The notes under the pieces: model-generated
What the model saw: only the letters and a program-made list of their open reading frames with translations
The model's database searches: none
What the model was told of the DNA's origin: nothing
In this document: in pieces, positions 37,214 through 49,900 of the stretch
How the letters are laid out: every line of letters begins with the position of its first letter
Position numbering within the stretch: position 1 is the stretch's first letter
DNA from: Utricularia gibba
Lineage: Eukaryota > Plantae > Magnoliophyta
DNA length: 64,000 nt
Assembly (NCBI GenBank): GCA_002189035.1
Contig: NEEC01000014.1
Span: 2,728,001 to 2,792,000 of the forward strand
Direction: 5' to 3'
Made by a program: the position numbers and the translations under genes

Positions 37214-38394
37214 TGATGGTAACTATGCAAGTATACCGAAACTGTTGAAGTAATAAAATAAGATCGTATCCACGGGAAATTGTTATTGAAATTTTCTTTT
37301 TAAATAAAGACTTAAAAAAACTGAAAACAAAAAAAGATTTGGTTTTAAAAAAAATAAGAAAAGTGGTTTTGGATTTAAGATCCACCTTGCTTGAAACTCG
37401 TCCTTGTGTGTGTGCAAATTTTGAAGATTTTCCTACTTGTGCAAACTTTGGGGGTGTTATTTTAAAATAGTGCTACTCGTTGACCCTTATAGCACTATCT
37501 ATTGTTTTGTGGGATTATAGAACAACCATGCCACTAGAGTCATTTAACCTATTATGATAATTCATGTTTTTCTTACACTCAAATCTAACCCCTATACTTC
37601 TCACCTCACAAAAAAATTAGATAGAATGTGTATTACCAACGATGTTCGATTGAGCCCTTTTCCTTATGTGCTTAAGGCCAAACTTTGATTCTCTCATACT
37701 TTCTTAGGGTTATATGGTACTAAAGATCACGTTAGTAAAAAAAACATTGCGAAAAATAAAATCAAACATCAAATTAAATGCTAAAAAACATAATAAGACA
37801 GTCACATGAGCAGGACTTGCGCAAGTAAGGATTCATCGCAGATCCTCAGCCATAAGCGCTCACACGCACATACTCGACTCTAAACAAAAAAAGTTGATAA
37901 AAAAATGAAAGGAGAGGAATCCAAAACATGATGGACTCGACTCTAAACCCTAAAATTGACTTTGACTGACTCTCTGGCACCGATCTTCGAGCTCTAGTCT
38001 TTATATAATGGTGAAGATTTGTCGGACTTTTTTTATGTGCTCATATCAAATCTTTTATCTGGATCTTCTAAGATTTGATACAGATCTTCTAGGATAAGAT
38101 CTAAATTTTCCAAGATAAAATATGAATCTTATCTTATCTGTGAATCTTTGACCGAGTCTTCATCCGGATAGATCAAATCTTTGCCTTCATTAAAATCAAC
38201 TCGAAAATCCTTCAAATTATACCAAAATTGTCTTGAAAAATTAGAAAACACACTTTTCCTCCAAAAAGATCAAAGTGGTATGAAAGATGTAAAATTGTTT
38301 TAAAAGCATGGGAAAATGGAAATAAAAAGGATGCAAAACCGTTCTAAAAGAAACATAAAAAATATAAATATAAGTGGCATAAAATCACTTATCA
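37214..38394 (-). mobile_element. Solo LTR, Athila-like (third family), 1181 bp
   Basis: TGATGG...TTATCA with perfect TSD TTGAC. Confidence 0.85.
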
Positions 38395-38729
38395 TTGACC
38401 TTCAAGAAATCAATATCCATGCAAATCAATTTATAAAAATGGTGTTGCACTCATAAAATAAGAAGAAGATGAGAGTGATAAACCATATTAAACACTACAA
38501 AACAGTTTGTTAAATATAAATTTTTCAAGAACTCAGTGTACTATAATTGCTCACAATATACATTATAAATAGAATTTTTCATCAACTACATTGAAACCAT
38601 TCTTATATAATTAGTCAAATAGGCCTATTGTAAAAAAGGTATTAATAGTCAAGTAGAAATACATTACCCAACTTTAATCTCTTTGTTCTATCTTAAGTAG
38701 ATTGAATTCCTTATCACATTTTTCATAGG

Positions 38730-39188
38730 TGTTATGGGTAAAATCGGTATCCGAGATGAGACCGATTTTAGGGTGATAAATGAGGTCAGGAATATCGCAC
38801 TTAGTTGTGTTTTTCGTGGTTTGTTCGCACGGAGCTATCGGAGCTCGCCGGAGAAGATTTTCACTAGAAGGAGGTGGCCAAGAAGATGATACAAGTTGAA
38901 GAGTTCTTAGGATCCAACTCTTTCTCCATAATGGTTTCTTCTATTTATAGAAGAGCTCAATCTGGCCGAATCATGACGTTTGCAACTATCGGTTGCTTTC
39001 TGCTCCTGCTATACAATCTCGCTTTTCAGATATCGGCCGTCTATTATGTCATAATTCGGCTGCTTTTCAGACTGTGCCGTACGGCCATATCTGTCAGATA
39101 TCGGTTTGCCGTCTGGTATTATCCCTTCAGAGTTTCTTTTGGCAGCATTTTAGGAACCGATTACGCTCGAATGATTTATCCCCCATTA
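38730..39188 (-). mobile_element. Solo LTR, Tat-like family, 459 bp, ending about 410 bp upstream of the GID4 ATG
   Basis: Perfect TSD ATAGG. Similar to the LTRs at 19788 and 22843. Confidence 0.85.
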
Positions 39189-39597
39189 ATAGGTTTGTGA
39201 TTTGATATATAATTCTTTCAAAAGCTTTTGATTCTTTCATATCTTTAATCTAGTGATTAATTAAAGTAAAATCATTGAAGTATTAGTGATTTCTTTTTTT
39301 CTTTCATCTTCATTATCTTTACTTTTAGTATCCATGATACCATCAAAGAGTTCGGTCAGGATTCCATCCCGAATTCATTGTTTATGTCTGTCTACCTGTG
39401 TAATCGGCTGGGCCGCACTATGGCATCTAATATCGTGCTCCTTACTAAAAATAGAAGAAGCAGGGCCCATGAACTCTATATATCGGGCTTAGAACCCCAA
39501 TGACTTTTATCTTAGAAAGGGGCCCACTTGTAATCACGCCCATTCATTATTGCTTTTCCGGAGTCACCGATGCCCGACGTTTTGTCGGAAATCAGAA

Positions 39598-41321
39598 ATG
39601 CCGGTTAGAGTGGTGGATGCTACTTCTCCTTCTCAAATATCAGGTTTGTATTCTGCTATGATGTTGATTCGTGGTTCTGTCTAGGTTTTGTGCTTTGGAA
39701 TTGTGTATTTTATGCTTAAGGTTGCCGGATGGACGATTATAACGCGTTTGAGTTTGGAGCTTCTTTGAATTCACTCATGCGGCTATCTTGAGCTGAAACT
39801 CTGTTTTCCATTGAAGGCACAACTACGGGATTCAGTTTACCGCCTCCGTGCTCTCTTTTGAGTGTTGGGCAGGTAATCTCATTGATTGAAATGCGGAATT
39901 CCTTGCGTATACAGAATTTCAGGTGTATATCACTAAGTTATGTTTCGGATTTCCAGCGTAAAGAACGTTATCAGGGATTTGATGTGAATCCTTTGTTGTT
40001 GGATATAATCGGGATTTTTCATTGGCTTTCTGTACTTTAGTGTCAGATGTTGCGAAATTGTAGTATATGTGGATGGAATCTGAATTTTAGATTGTGGATA
40101 AAGGAAAGATTAGAGAGCATTGTGTTTTATGCAGTGGCAAGCATTCTGCTCATATCTAGGAGAGTCTTGACTTGCTAACTGCATAGCAGGCTTTCTCAGG
40201 GACGCAAAATGTTTCTAGCCTCCAGAAAGATGAAGCGTGGCGTGTTAATGTACGCATTCAAGGTTGTGATCTTGAGCATGGGTACTTATGTGGTACTATG
40301 GAAGCACTGAATGTTCCGATGGCTGATACCCCTGTAAGAATTTTGAACATCCGCAACTCTAACTTGGAATTCTTGTAAGACATCCATATGTTGATATTTT
40401 TCTTTGCTTGTGCGTTTCCTGGACCATCTTGTTGGGTGTCGGTAGTAGAACTTTGATCTATCCTTATTTGAAAAATACTCATAGCATACATATGCGAGTA
40501 ACATTTAAGGAAGCAGTGAACAAAACTCTCATCATTATTTTTCTATGTGATCATCTTGTACAAAGCTTCAGTTCATTGCTTTTGTGTCTTTCAGGTTGTT
40601 ACCTTCTGGGAGGGTGAAATTGTCGACACAAAAAACTACACTTTCTTCACTGGAAAGTGGGGAGCAACGTATGCTGTTTTTATTCTCCACGTTTGCCACA
40701 TTCCGGCCCTTCACCACCATAGTTCTTTGATTGAACTTTATGTGTTAAGCAGGTCTGAAGATGACATCAAACACTGGACAAAGTTTACATCCTTCTCATC
40801 ACTTCCGGTTTCTTTTACTGTCGTTCCCACCATCTTTCATGTGTACTGCACAGCACAACTCACTTTATGTCATCTTTTCCAGAGCGAGGTGGAAGTTGAT
40901 GGTGGGAAATCTGTGGATTTGAGTAACTATCCGTACATCTTCATGGTAAGGCTCTTCCTCTAGTGTCCCATCTTCATGAAATGAGTAGAATCTGGTGATA
41001 CATTTAACCCCCTCCATGCCGTTTCCATCTCCCAGAGATGGAAGGAGCAGTACTTTGTAAATGCTGGAAATGACTGTGGCCTCACCATTGCCGGCTTCTA
41101 CTACGTTTGCTTTTCATGCAGCGATGGATCAATCAATGGGTTTTACTATGATCCCAACAGCAGGTGCGTGCTGCATCATATAAGTCGCGCCCCTGAACTA
41201 CTTACAGGGATCACACAATCCGCTTATTTTCTTGTTGTGTAGTCCCTTCCAGAAACTGGAACTGAAGGCCACCAATGATGGAAGATCAGGTTTCTCCTTC
41301 TCCACGTACGAGCTACAGTAA
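39598..41321 (+). CDS. GID4: Glucose-induced degradation protein 4 homolog (GID/CTLH substrate receptor); exons 39598-39643, 39817-39872, 40190-40333, 40595-40668, 40753-40807, 40883-40945, 41036-41163, 41243-41321
   Basis: MPVRVV...AFSGTQNVSSLQKDEAWRVNVRIQGCDLEHGYLCGTMEALNVP...FWEGEIVD...RWKEQYFV...GLTIAGFYYVCFS...PFQKLEL...YELQ*. The frame is intact. Confidence 0.96.
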
Positions 41322-44300
41322 GGAAATTTGTTGACTTGGTAGCTGGGTCAAAGTCTTCGTTTATTTACGGAGTCTGAGTTTTCTTATTTTGTGGGGTGTT
41401 CGTTGCATTAGTTCTCCTCGTGGCTTGTTTTTCGGTTGGTTGTGAGTAATTGCTTTTTAGTTAAACGCAATTTGTTAATAGGTTTATATATAAGCTTGAT
41501 TTTCAGTTGATAGGGCATTGAATTCGGATGTCTAATTTTGCTTTGGTTTAACAATTGGTATCGGAGCCATGACAACATGAAGCAACCAGAATTCATTCAT
41601 TCAACGCTTTGAAAGTTAACTGCAATTACTGGGTAATGATGATAGAGAATTTGCTTTGCTCAAAGAAATATTGGGACATAATTGAGATTTGAATCCATCG
41701 TACGTAGAGAGCCGCTACTCCCCATCACAATTGAAAGCTCAAGGATTCGAGTGTCAAGAATTACGAAATACAACCCATTCATTGTTGCTACACGAAGAGC
41801 ATCTTGGGCAAATCTAGTGCTTGATTTGGGAGGGGATGGCAAAAAAGCTTGTAGCTAACACCCTTCTCAGTGTTCAGTGATCACATCTTCAACTTACATT
41901 GGGAATTTGGAATGTTGGAGATGCAAGGAGGAAATTGGTTGTCATCACTATCAGAGAAGTAAAACTACGTTTTGTGCTGAATTGAAGAATCCGATGATGT
42001 GAAGAACATAACCATTGATGAGCCTTAAGGATCAATACTAGTGCATGAAAAAAAGGTCTAATACACTAGAGTGTGAAAAATGAGCCATTACTATTAAAGC
42101 AAAGCAAATGAGAACCACGATTGAGGAAATGAGGATTTTTCATGGAAGAGATGGAAGTCATAGAAGAAGAGAATGTGGAGAAAGGGGTCTCACAAAGAAA
42201 CAATCAGCGCTATAGGTACCACAAATTAGGACATTACGGAAGTGAATGTCCTAACTATAAGGACGACCATAACGAGAAGGAAAATGATGACAAGGTACTT
42301 CTAATGGTATATGATGATGAAACATAACAAGATATCCTTCATGGCATTTCCACTCATCAACAACAATGAATCTAGATCGGATTCATAAACAGATCAATCA
42401 CATAAACAGAAATGAGAGTTATTAAAAAATAATCATAGTATATGGGTAAGACTTTAACAAACAGAAGTAAAGAATATTTATTCAATGTTTTTCATAAATC
42501 ATAGAGGGAGGCTCCTTGCTACCCCTAGAACTACACTACAAAATGTAGTCACATAACGTAAAAACATAACTACTTGAAAATGATAAGAACAATGCTTGTG
42601 GGCAGAAGGTGCTAGATAAAACACTTTTTTTTCATAATAGATCATTAACTATTTGAGTATTTGGTTAACTAAAGTCATGTCTATATTCATGAGGTAAATC
42701 AAAAGGTTAAGTTGAGTAATAAGAGCTTTCATCATGAAGGCACCAATTGAGCTTGAGCAAGAAAATACACAACCATGTGTTGCAAGAGAAAAACTTAATG
42801 CACAAACTTAAAGAGAAATTATTCTCTTATTTCCTCATAGCAATAGTAGTACATAGAAGTGTTTATACAAGCATGCTAAACATTAAGTATTATCCAAACA
42901 AAAGTACTAAATAACTACCTAAAACTACACTCTCTTATCTTATTACAAGTTCTTCAAATGTAGCTATGTTGGATGGCCTTTGTTGTGGGTTCCAACACTC
43001 CCCCACAAACCTAAGCCATCCCTTAATCCAAGCATTCCTTGTAGCACAGTGAACATCCCTCGAGATAGAGGTTTTGTGAAGATGTCTACATGTTAATCTT
43101 GTATTTTCACATACTCCAATGTTACCACATTCCCAATAATAAAGTCTCTAATGTAGTTGTATTTTGCTGCTATGTGCTTGTTTTTTCCATGGAAGATTGG
43201 ATTTTTACTCAACTCTATGATAGAATTATTATCAATCATGATTCTTGTAGGAGCAGATTGTGCACATCCAAAATCACTCAAAAGATTTATGAGTCAAACA
43301 GCTTGGCATACGCAATGATTTGCAACAACAGATTCAGCCTCACACATGGATAAGGCAATCATCAGCTACTTCTTAGAACAAGCAGTATTTCCAATAAAAA
43401 ATGCAAACCCTGAGATGCTCTTAAAATCATCTAGATTGCCACCCCAATCACTATCACTATACTTGCATAACTCGAAAGTTTCTGATTTTTGAAACCAAAG
43501 TCCAAAGTTCAATTTTCCTTTAACATAACATAGAATTCTTTTAGCAATAGTAAGATGAAGCAAGGTTGGACTCTTCATGAGGTGATTGACCAAGCCTATT
43601 GCATAGAGAATGTCAGGTCTAGCACTTGTGAGATATCTTAAACTCGCAACCAAGCTTATAAAAAGTGTAAGATCTACACTTCCACTTGAATCATTCAAAT
43701 GTAGTTTTGAGCTAATAGCCACTGGTTGGTCTATTGGCTTATGTAAATATTAAGGAAGAATAGAGATGAAGAAAGGTTGAGGGCAATGAGAGTTGGAGAT
43801 CTCTGTAGATTCAATTTCCTTACTCATTCATGTACTTTTCTATTTTCTCTACTTATATAAGTTATTAGTTCTTTATACACTATACATGACCTACATGAGC
43901 CCAATCGATTATTGCGTTCTTCTTTAAGTAATGGTCTTGTGTGATTCTGTTGCTTCTTCACACCCTCCTCAAACGAGACATTTGCGAATATAGTAAGTCC
44001 AAGTTTGTCTCATAAGAAGAAAAATGCTTGTGTTTGCAATGACTATGTAAATATATTTACAACCTACGAACCTGTAGCTATATGCATTAGAGATATAAAA
44101 CCGAAAAAATAGTGATCTCTCACCACATGGCAGTCTATATCAAGATGTTTGGTACGTTCATGAAAGAGGCATTATGAGTAATGTGCAATGAGTACCTATT
44201 AGTCTAGAAGAGAATGGCTAGAGAAATGAGCACCTGCATGTCCTTCATAAGATATGTAATCCACAACAAATCTAGAGTGATTGTTCCCATGGCCTAGTAC

Positions 44301-44817
44301 TCTACCTCATCTGAAGAACGAGACACAATTGTCTATTTTTTCGCTCTTCAATTGATCAAATTATTTCTCAAAAATATGCAAAATTCTGTGACTGAACAAT
44401 GAGTTTCAAGATACATTCCCTAATCTGCATCACAGAATGCCTACAGTTGTGTAGTTCTTGAACACATATAATGCAATCCATGATCTTCAATGTGCTTCAA
44501 ATATCTCAATAGTCTGTTTACTACAGTCTAATGATTAATAGTTGGCTGTTTCATAAACTGACTCAATTGTTGCATATAGAAGGTGATATCTAGTCATGTA
44601 AACCCAAATATAGCAACCATCCAAACACTTTACGATACCCTTCCAAGTCGTGCAATGGATTCTCATTGTCCAATGGAAATCGTAAGCCCTTGAACATTGG
44701 TGTGGCTATCTCTCTAAACAGATTTCTTTCCAAGTTGGACAGCAAAGTTTTGATATACTTCAAATCAGATCCTTATGTTGTTTCTTTTTTGTTGGATCTA
44801 ATTTTTTATAGAAGAAG

Positions 44818-46930
44818 ATGATAATGGCTCCCTGCATCCCCTGTAGCGCACAAGGACGATGTTGTGCTCCCAATTGCGTGGCACGCCCCTTCTTTGAACC
44901 GGACACAGGGAAGACTTCCGCCTCACTGATGAAGTGTTTGGATACACTTATCTGGTGAAGTGCATCGAGGCAGCCCTTGATGACTATAAAGCAGCAGCTA
45001 TGGAGGATCTAGTTATCATGGCTTATGATCATGTCGCCATTGTATTACCTTATCGTTATGAGGGATCATTGAGGAGGGGAATGGATGGCTCGTCGCTGCA
45101 AAGCCGATGGTTCTCTCTTCAGACTTCCAATTCTTGCCCATTGAGTTGGTCGAGAAAGTTTTCACCTTATTGCCTGCAACCGAAGTTTTATGAGATTGGT
45201 AAAGGTTCAAGGACATTCTGGGATTCATGGCAGTTCTATGGTAATGTTTCATTGGATAGAGAGTTTGTCACAGGGATAGGTGATGATGCCTTGAGGACAA
45301 GGATTGTTGGGGACATTATCATGATGCATTCCAGTATTGGGGCTGTTAGTGTATGTGTTCTAGAGACAATCAACTCATTGGCAAATCTTATCTTATGATA
45401 TTTACTTTGAATTGTGATCAAATTTATATCATTGATAAAATCCTCTACTTGATCTATATGCTATAGAAATTATGATGAGATCATAATGTGAGATTCTTCA
45501 AGCACTCATGATCAAGTTAAAAACTCCCTAGCTAGAGTATTTGTGAAATGAGGATATCACAAATACGGATAAGCTGACACACATTGAGTTCCCTAAATTA
45601 TTTAGGCAATGGTTCTCATAATTGATGTAATGAGATTACTAGAACCTATGTGTGGGTGTCGATTAGAGAATTGATTCACTGGATGACTCATCTTCGAGAT
45701 ACTACTATGGGAAGCTAACCAAGTGTCAGTAGCAAGATCTCGAATATGATAGCCGTGGAAGTAAGCTTAGACTTGAGGTCAACAAAGTTATCTTGATCTT
45801 AAGCTCACATTTTCGCTCATTACTAATGGGAGCCTAACCATGGCTTGCCTAGTATGGATGAGTAGGGATGTGACTCCTTAAGGTTGGAGATAGTTGATTG
45901 ATCAATAAAGGATTCATCACTCATGTTAGCGATGAGATCATATCTCAAGTAATTGCATCAAAGCCTAAAAGTAAGTCCTGGGCTCAGGGTAATGACACTC
46001 GAATTGTTTGAGTAGGTCATTGAGTGTTAGTGCTTGAATGCAATTATAAGTTCGATACATCAGAAAGACACACACCCATGTTTTAGTATCGAATGAGATA
46101 TAAGTATGATGAAAGCTGTTCATTGCATGGTGGCTGGTCATGGAAAGGCTCAATCAGTTCACCTGATTATTCTTACATCTTGGGAATCATGATATGTTGC
46201 TAGACATCACTCATGATCGATAATGATGGATTTGATTAATTAAGAGTTAATTAATAAATCCATTATTATGGCCTTGATTGAAGAAGCCTATAGGGTCACA
46301 CACAATAGTGGAGTCACTCAACGATATAAAATAGAATGACACAATTACATGAGATGTAATTGGTAAAGTGGATAAATTAAATTGAGAGTTATTTTGAGAT
46401 TAATATTGATTAAACTCAAAATAAAAGATCATATATAGATAAGATTTGGAACATATATATATTTCCACAAGATAAGATCTTTACGGAGATATGATTTGAT
46501 ATGTTACCAAATATCTATCAAAAAGATTTAAATCTTGAGATCTGCTCCATGGGTCTTCGTGATCTCAGAGACTAATCCACAAGGAGGCGTTTTTCTCTAC
46601 TAGCACCTGAGGAATTCGACCAGCATTCAAGAGCCTTGAGAAGGTTATCGACGGAGTGCTCCACGTGTGGATACCATAGAGGCCGTCTCCTATTGACGGT
46701 TGGTGAACAACGGAGTCATTTGAAAGGTATTTTAGCATCCCTTAGTCTGATGTATACCGTATTCCAAGATCTGCGTTGGGGTTTCTCAAAATTTTTAAAA
46801 TTCCGCTGCTTTGGAGACATACGGTGTCTACGAGAAACCCAACAGGAGCTCGATGTTTTTTCTTTGTATTTCAATGCCATGACAGATTACCAAAAGTAGC
46901 TTGTGAATAAATGGGTGAGGAGAGTGGATA
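44818..46930 (+). pseudogene. Chimeric LOB-domain plus F-box (F-box/LRR/FBD-like) pseudogene inside element C, split by a solo LTR
   Basis: CIPCSAQGRCCAPNC (C-x2-C-x6-C-x3-C) is followed by VARPFFEPDTG[-1]EDFRLTDEVFG...K...A. LPIELVEKVFTLLP (45134-45175) lies in a shifted frame, then GSRTFWDSW...IVGDIIMMH, and after the LTR LDVFSLYF...LVNKWV. Several frameshifts and a stop are present. Confidence 0.75.
45344..46844 (+). mobile_element. Solo LTR, probably Copia Angela-type, 1501 bp
   Basis: TGTTAG...CCCAACA, with AAATTCCGCTGC near the 3' end as recalled for Angela LTRs. TSD GGGGC/GGAGC (4 of 5). Confidence 0.75.
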
Positions 46931-49900
46931 TAAAAACTCGAAATAAGGAAACAAGCTCTTGTTTATTTTCTAGAAGGAAAGTTCATATGGATCGTGAATA
47001 ATCATCCATGATGGTTAGAAAAAATGTAGTTCCAGTGATTTTTGGGGTTTTGTATATGCATCTGAAGGTTGCGTGTTCATTCCACTCTCACCCACCATAT
47101 AAAGATTAAGGAAGAATAGAGATAAAGAAAGGTTGAGGGCAATGAGAGTAGGGAATCTGTGTGGATCCAATTTTCTTCCTCATCTATTTACTTTTATGTT
47201 TTCTCTACTTATACAATTTTTCATTTCTTTGTACACTATACATGACCTACATAGGCCCAATCAATTATTGTGTTCTTCTTCAACTAATGATCTTGTGTTG
47301 TTCTGCTGCTTCTTCAGCTTACAGTGTTCTAAGCCAAACCACTTTAAAGTATCATCAGCGAACATGCTTTGGAAAATGGAGATACTTTCTTTATTCTTGC
47401 TGACATGAATTGCGAGGTAGTGACTCATCAAACTGAGATCACTCCTTTCAAACTCTTTATTCATAGCGTGCTTGAAAGTCTCAAAAGAGAAACACTTTCA
47501 GTGAATACTGGACCATCCACATACAAACATAGTAGTAGGATTCCGCTATACTCATTAATTCTAAATACAAGCTGTGCTCATAAGAACATCTCTTGAAATG
47601 ATTTTTAACAAGATAATGGTGAATTTGCATATGCCAAGCATGTGGTGTTCAAGAAACCCATTCAAAAATGCAGATTTTACATCTATTTGATGGATTTTCC
47701 ACTAATGTTGAGTTGGCACTGATATAATTAACCTAATAGTTTGCATTCAAGCAATTAGAGTGAACATTTCACCAAAATCTAGGCCTTCCTTCTACTTATA
47801 TCCTTTAACAACTAATCTAGCCTTGTATTTTTCTATTTTACCAATAACATATCTTTTGATTCTATATACTCATTTGACTCTAATAACATCTTTGTTTATT
47901 GATTTGTCGGCCAACTCCCAAGTTTCATTCCTCCTAATAGCATTCATCTCATCTTCCATTGCTTTTCTCCATTTTGAATTATGGACAGCTTCTTCAAAGC
48001 TCAGATTTTCAGATTCCACAAATAAGCAATAATGAGAGAAATGCACATGTTTTGTAGCCTTTGCATACGATAATCTGCTTGACTTTTCAGCAGCCTTAAT
48101 CATTAAGATCGCTTGGCTGTCTTCTAACATAACCAGTTTGCACCACATTAGATGCAATAGGTTGGTGTAGAGGCTCTAACTATTGTTGCTACTGCACGTC
48201 TGGTTCTGGTGGTTGCTGGAATTCAAGGGATTTAATGAATCTGCTATAATATCATCAAAAACATGTAAGCTTCATTATCATTTGGGGAGGTTTCCCAATT
48301 CTAACTTGCAAATTCATCAAACTCAACATTCCTGGTAATCACAACTTTATTATCCAAATGATTGAAAAGTGTGTAGCCCTTTGAATTGAGGTCATAATCA
48401 ATGAAGACAAATTTCCTACAATGATTATCCAGCTTTGATCTTGTTTGTTTAAGTATATGTGCATATGCTACACCCAAACACTTGTGAGTAACTTTTGGTA
48501 AAATTACTCTAAGCTTGTTAAGAAGTAGCTCAAGCAATATTTTTACTAAAGCTTCTATTTAGCAAATAAACCATATAGTGAGCTGCTTCTGCCCAAAATT
48601 GTTTAGGCATGTTCTTGGTGCTATGTATACAACAAATCAAATTTAGAATTACTCCATTTTTCTGAGGTGTGTGAACAACTTTTATAGGTCTTCATAATCC
48701 AATTTCATCACAGAAAGCCTAAAAGTCTTGGAAAGAAAATTCTCCACCTCTATCTGAATGAAAAGCTTTAATTAGAATACTACTTTATCACTCAACCAAG
48801 GTCTGAAATTTCTTGAATGCATCAAAAACTTCTGATTTCCTTGTTAGAAAATAAATCCAATATTTTCAAGAATAATTATCAACAAGTAGTAAAAATAATT
48901 GTGATTTCCTTTAGAAGTTGGAATAATTGGACCATAAACATCTTCATGAACTAGTTCAAAAAGATTCCATGCTATGAATGTGGACACTTTAGGAATAATT
49001 TCTTAGTTTGCTTTCTGAATACGCAGCCTTCCACAGCCATGTTGGTTGAGAAATTGTTGGCAATCCAATAACCAAATCATTCCTGCTCATGAAACTAAGG
49101 TTGTCAAAATTAATATGAGCATATCAGAAATGTCAAAGCCAAAATGGACTGGAATATACCATCTTCATGCATTTATAAGTATCAGAATCAAGAGTCAAGA
49201 CAAACATTCTATTGGAGTACATCGAAACATTAACAAGAGGTCTATGGTTGTCATCCTTGATGGTTAGATTTCCACCAACCAATTGAATATTACACCCCTA
49301 CTCCAAGAATTCTCCCAAACGTAGTATGTTTAATTGTAGGAATGCTACATATAAAATATTTTGAAGAAGCAAGATAGAATCAATTTGTAATGAAGTAAGA
49401 ACTGACCCTCGACCAGTAATTGTTACTTTGGATGAGTCACCAAAGGAGATGGCCCCACTATAAGGCTCATCCAACTCTTAAAATAAGGATTTATTTCAAG
49501 TCATATGATTACTTGCTCTTGAATTAATGTACTACCTATTTGCCTTCTCGTCTCTAAAGAAAATAGTAAGATTGGATTTTCCACTTCTATTTTTTCTTCA
49601 ACCATGAAGCTTTGGAAGTTCGAAGCTTTTGCACCAGACTCGCATTCTCAAGAGTAATGATCAAGCTTATGAATTGTGTAACACTCAACTTGAGATTTAT
49701 CCTTCTTGTGATCGCTTGACTTCCAATATGTCGATTTCCCTCTCCCTCTTCCATGGTGTGATGAAGTAGAGGGTTTATCATTTTCAGATGAGGATTTATC
49801 AATTTGATGTTCATAATATCTACCTCGACCATGACCTTGTAATCCTACTCTTCCTAGTCCTCTAGGGTATGATTACTTAAAATATTTCATCCCCTCAACC

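Larger units (their letters stand above)
43742..47316 (-). mobile_element. Non-autonomous Ty1/copia element C nested in the RT of element B (LTRs 43742-43960 and 47098-47316)
   Basis: LTR pair with perfect TSD GCTTA. Removing it restores the host frame LKWFGLEHCK|PIDQPVAISSKL. Only the RT end and RNase H (43961 to about 44770) remain; the rest of the interior is host-gene-like. Confidence 0.9.
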
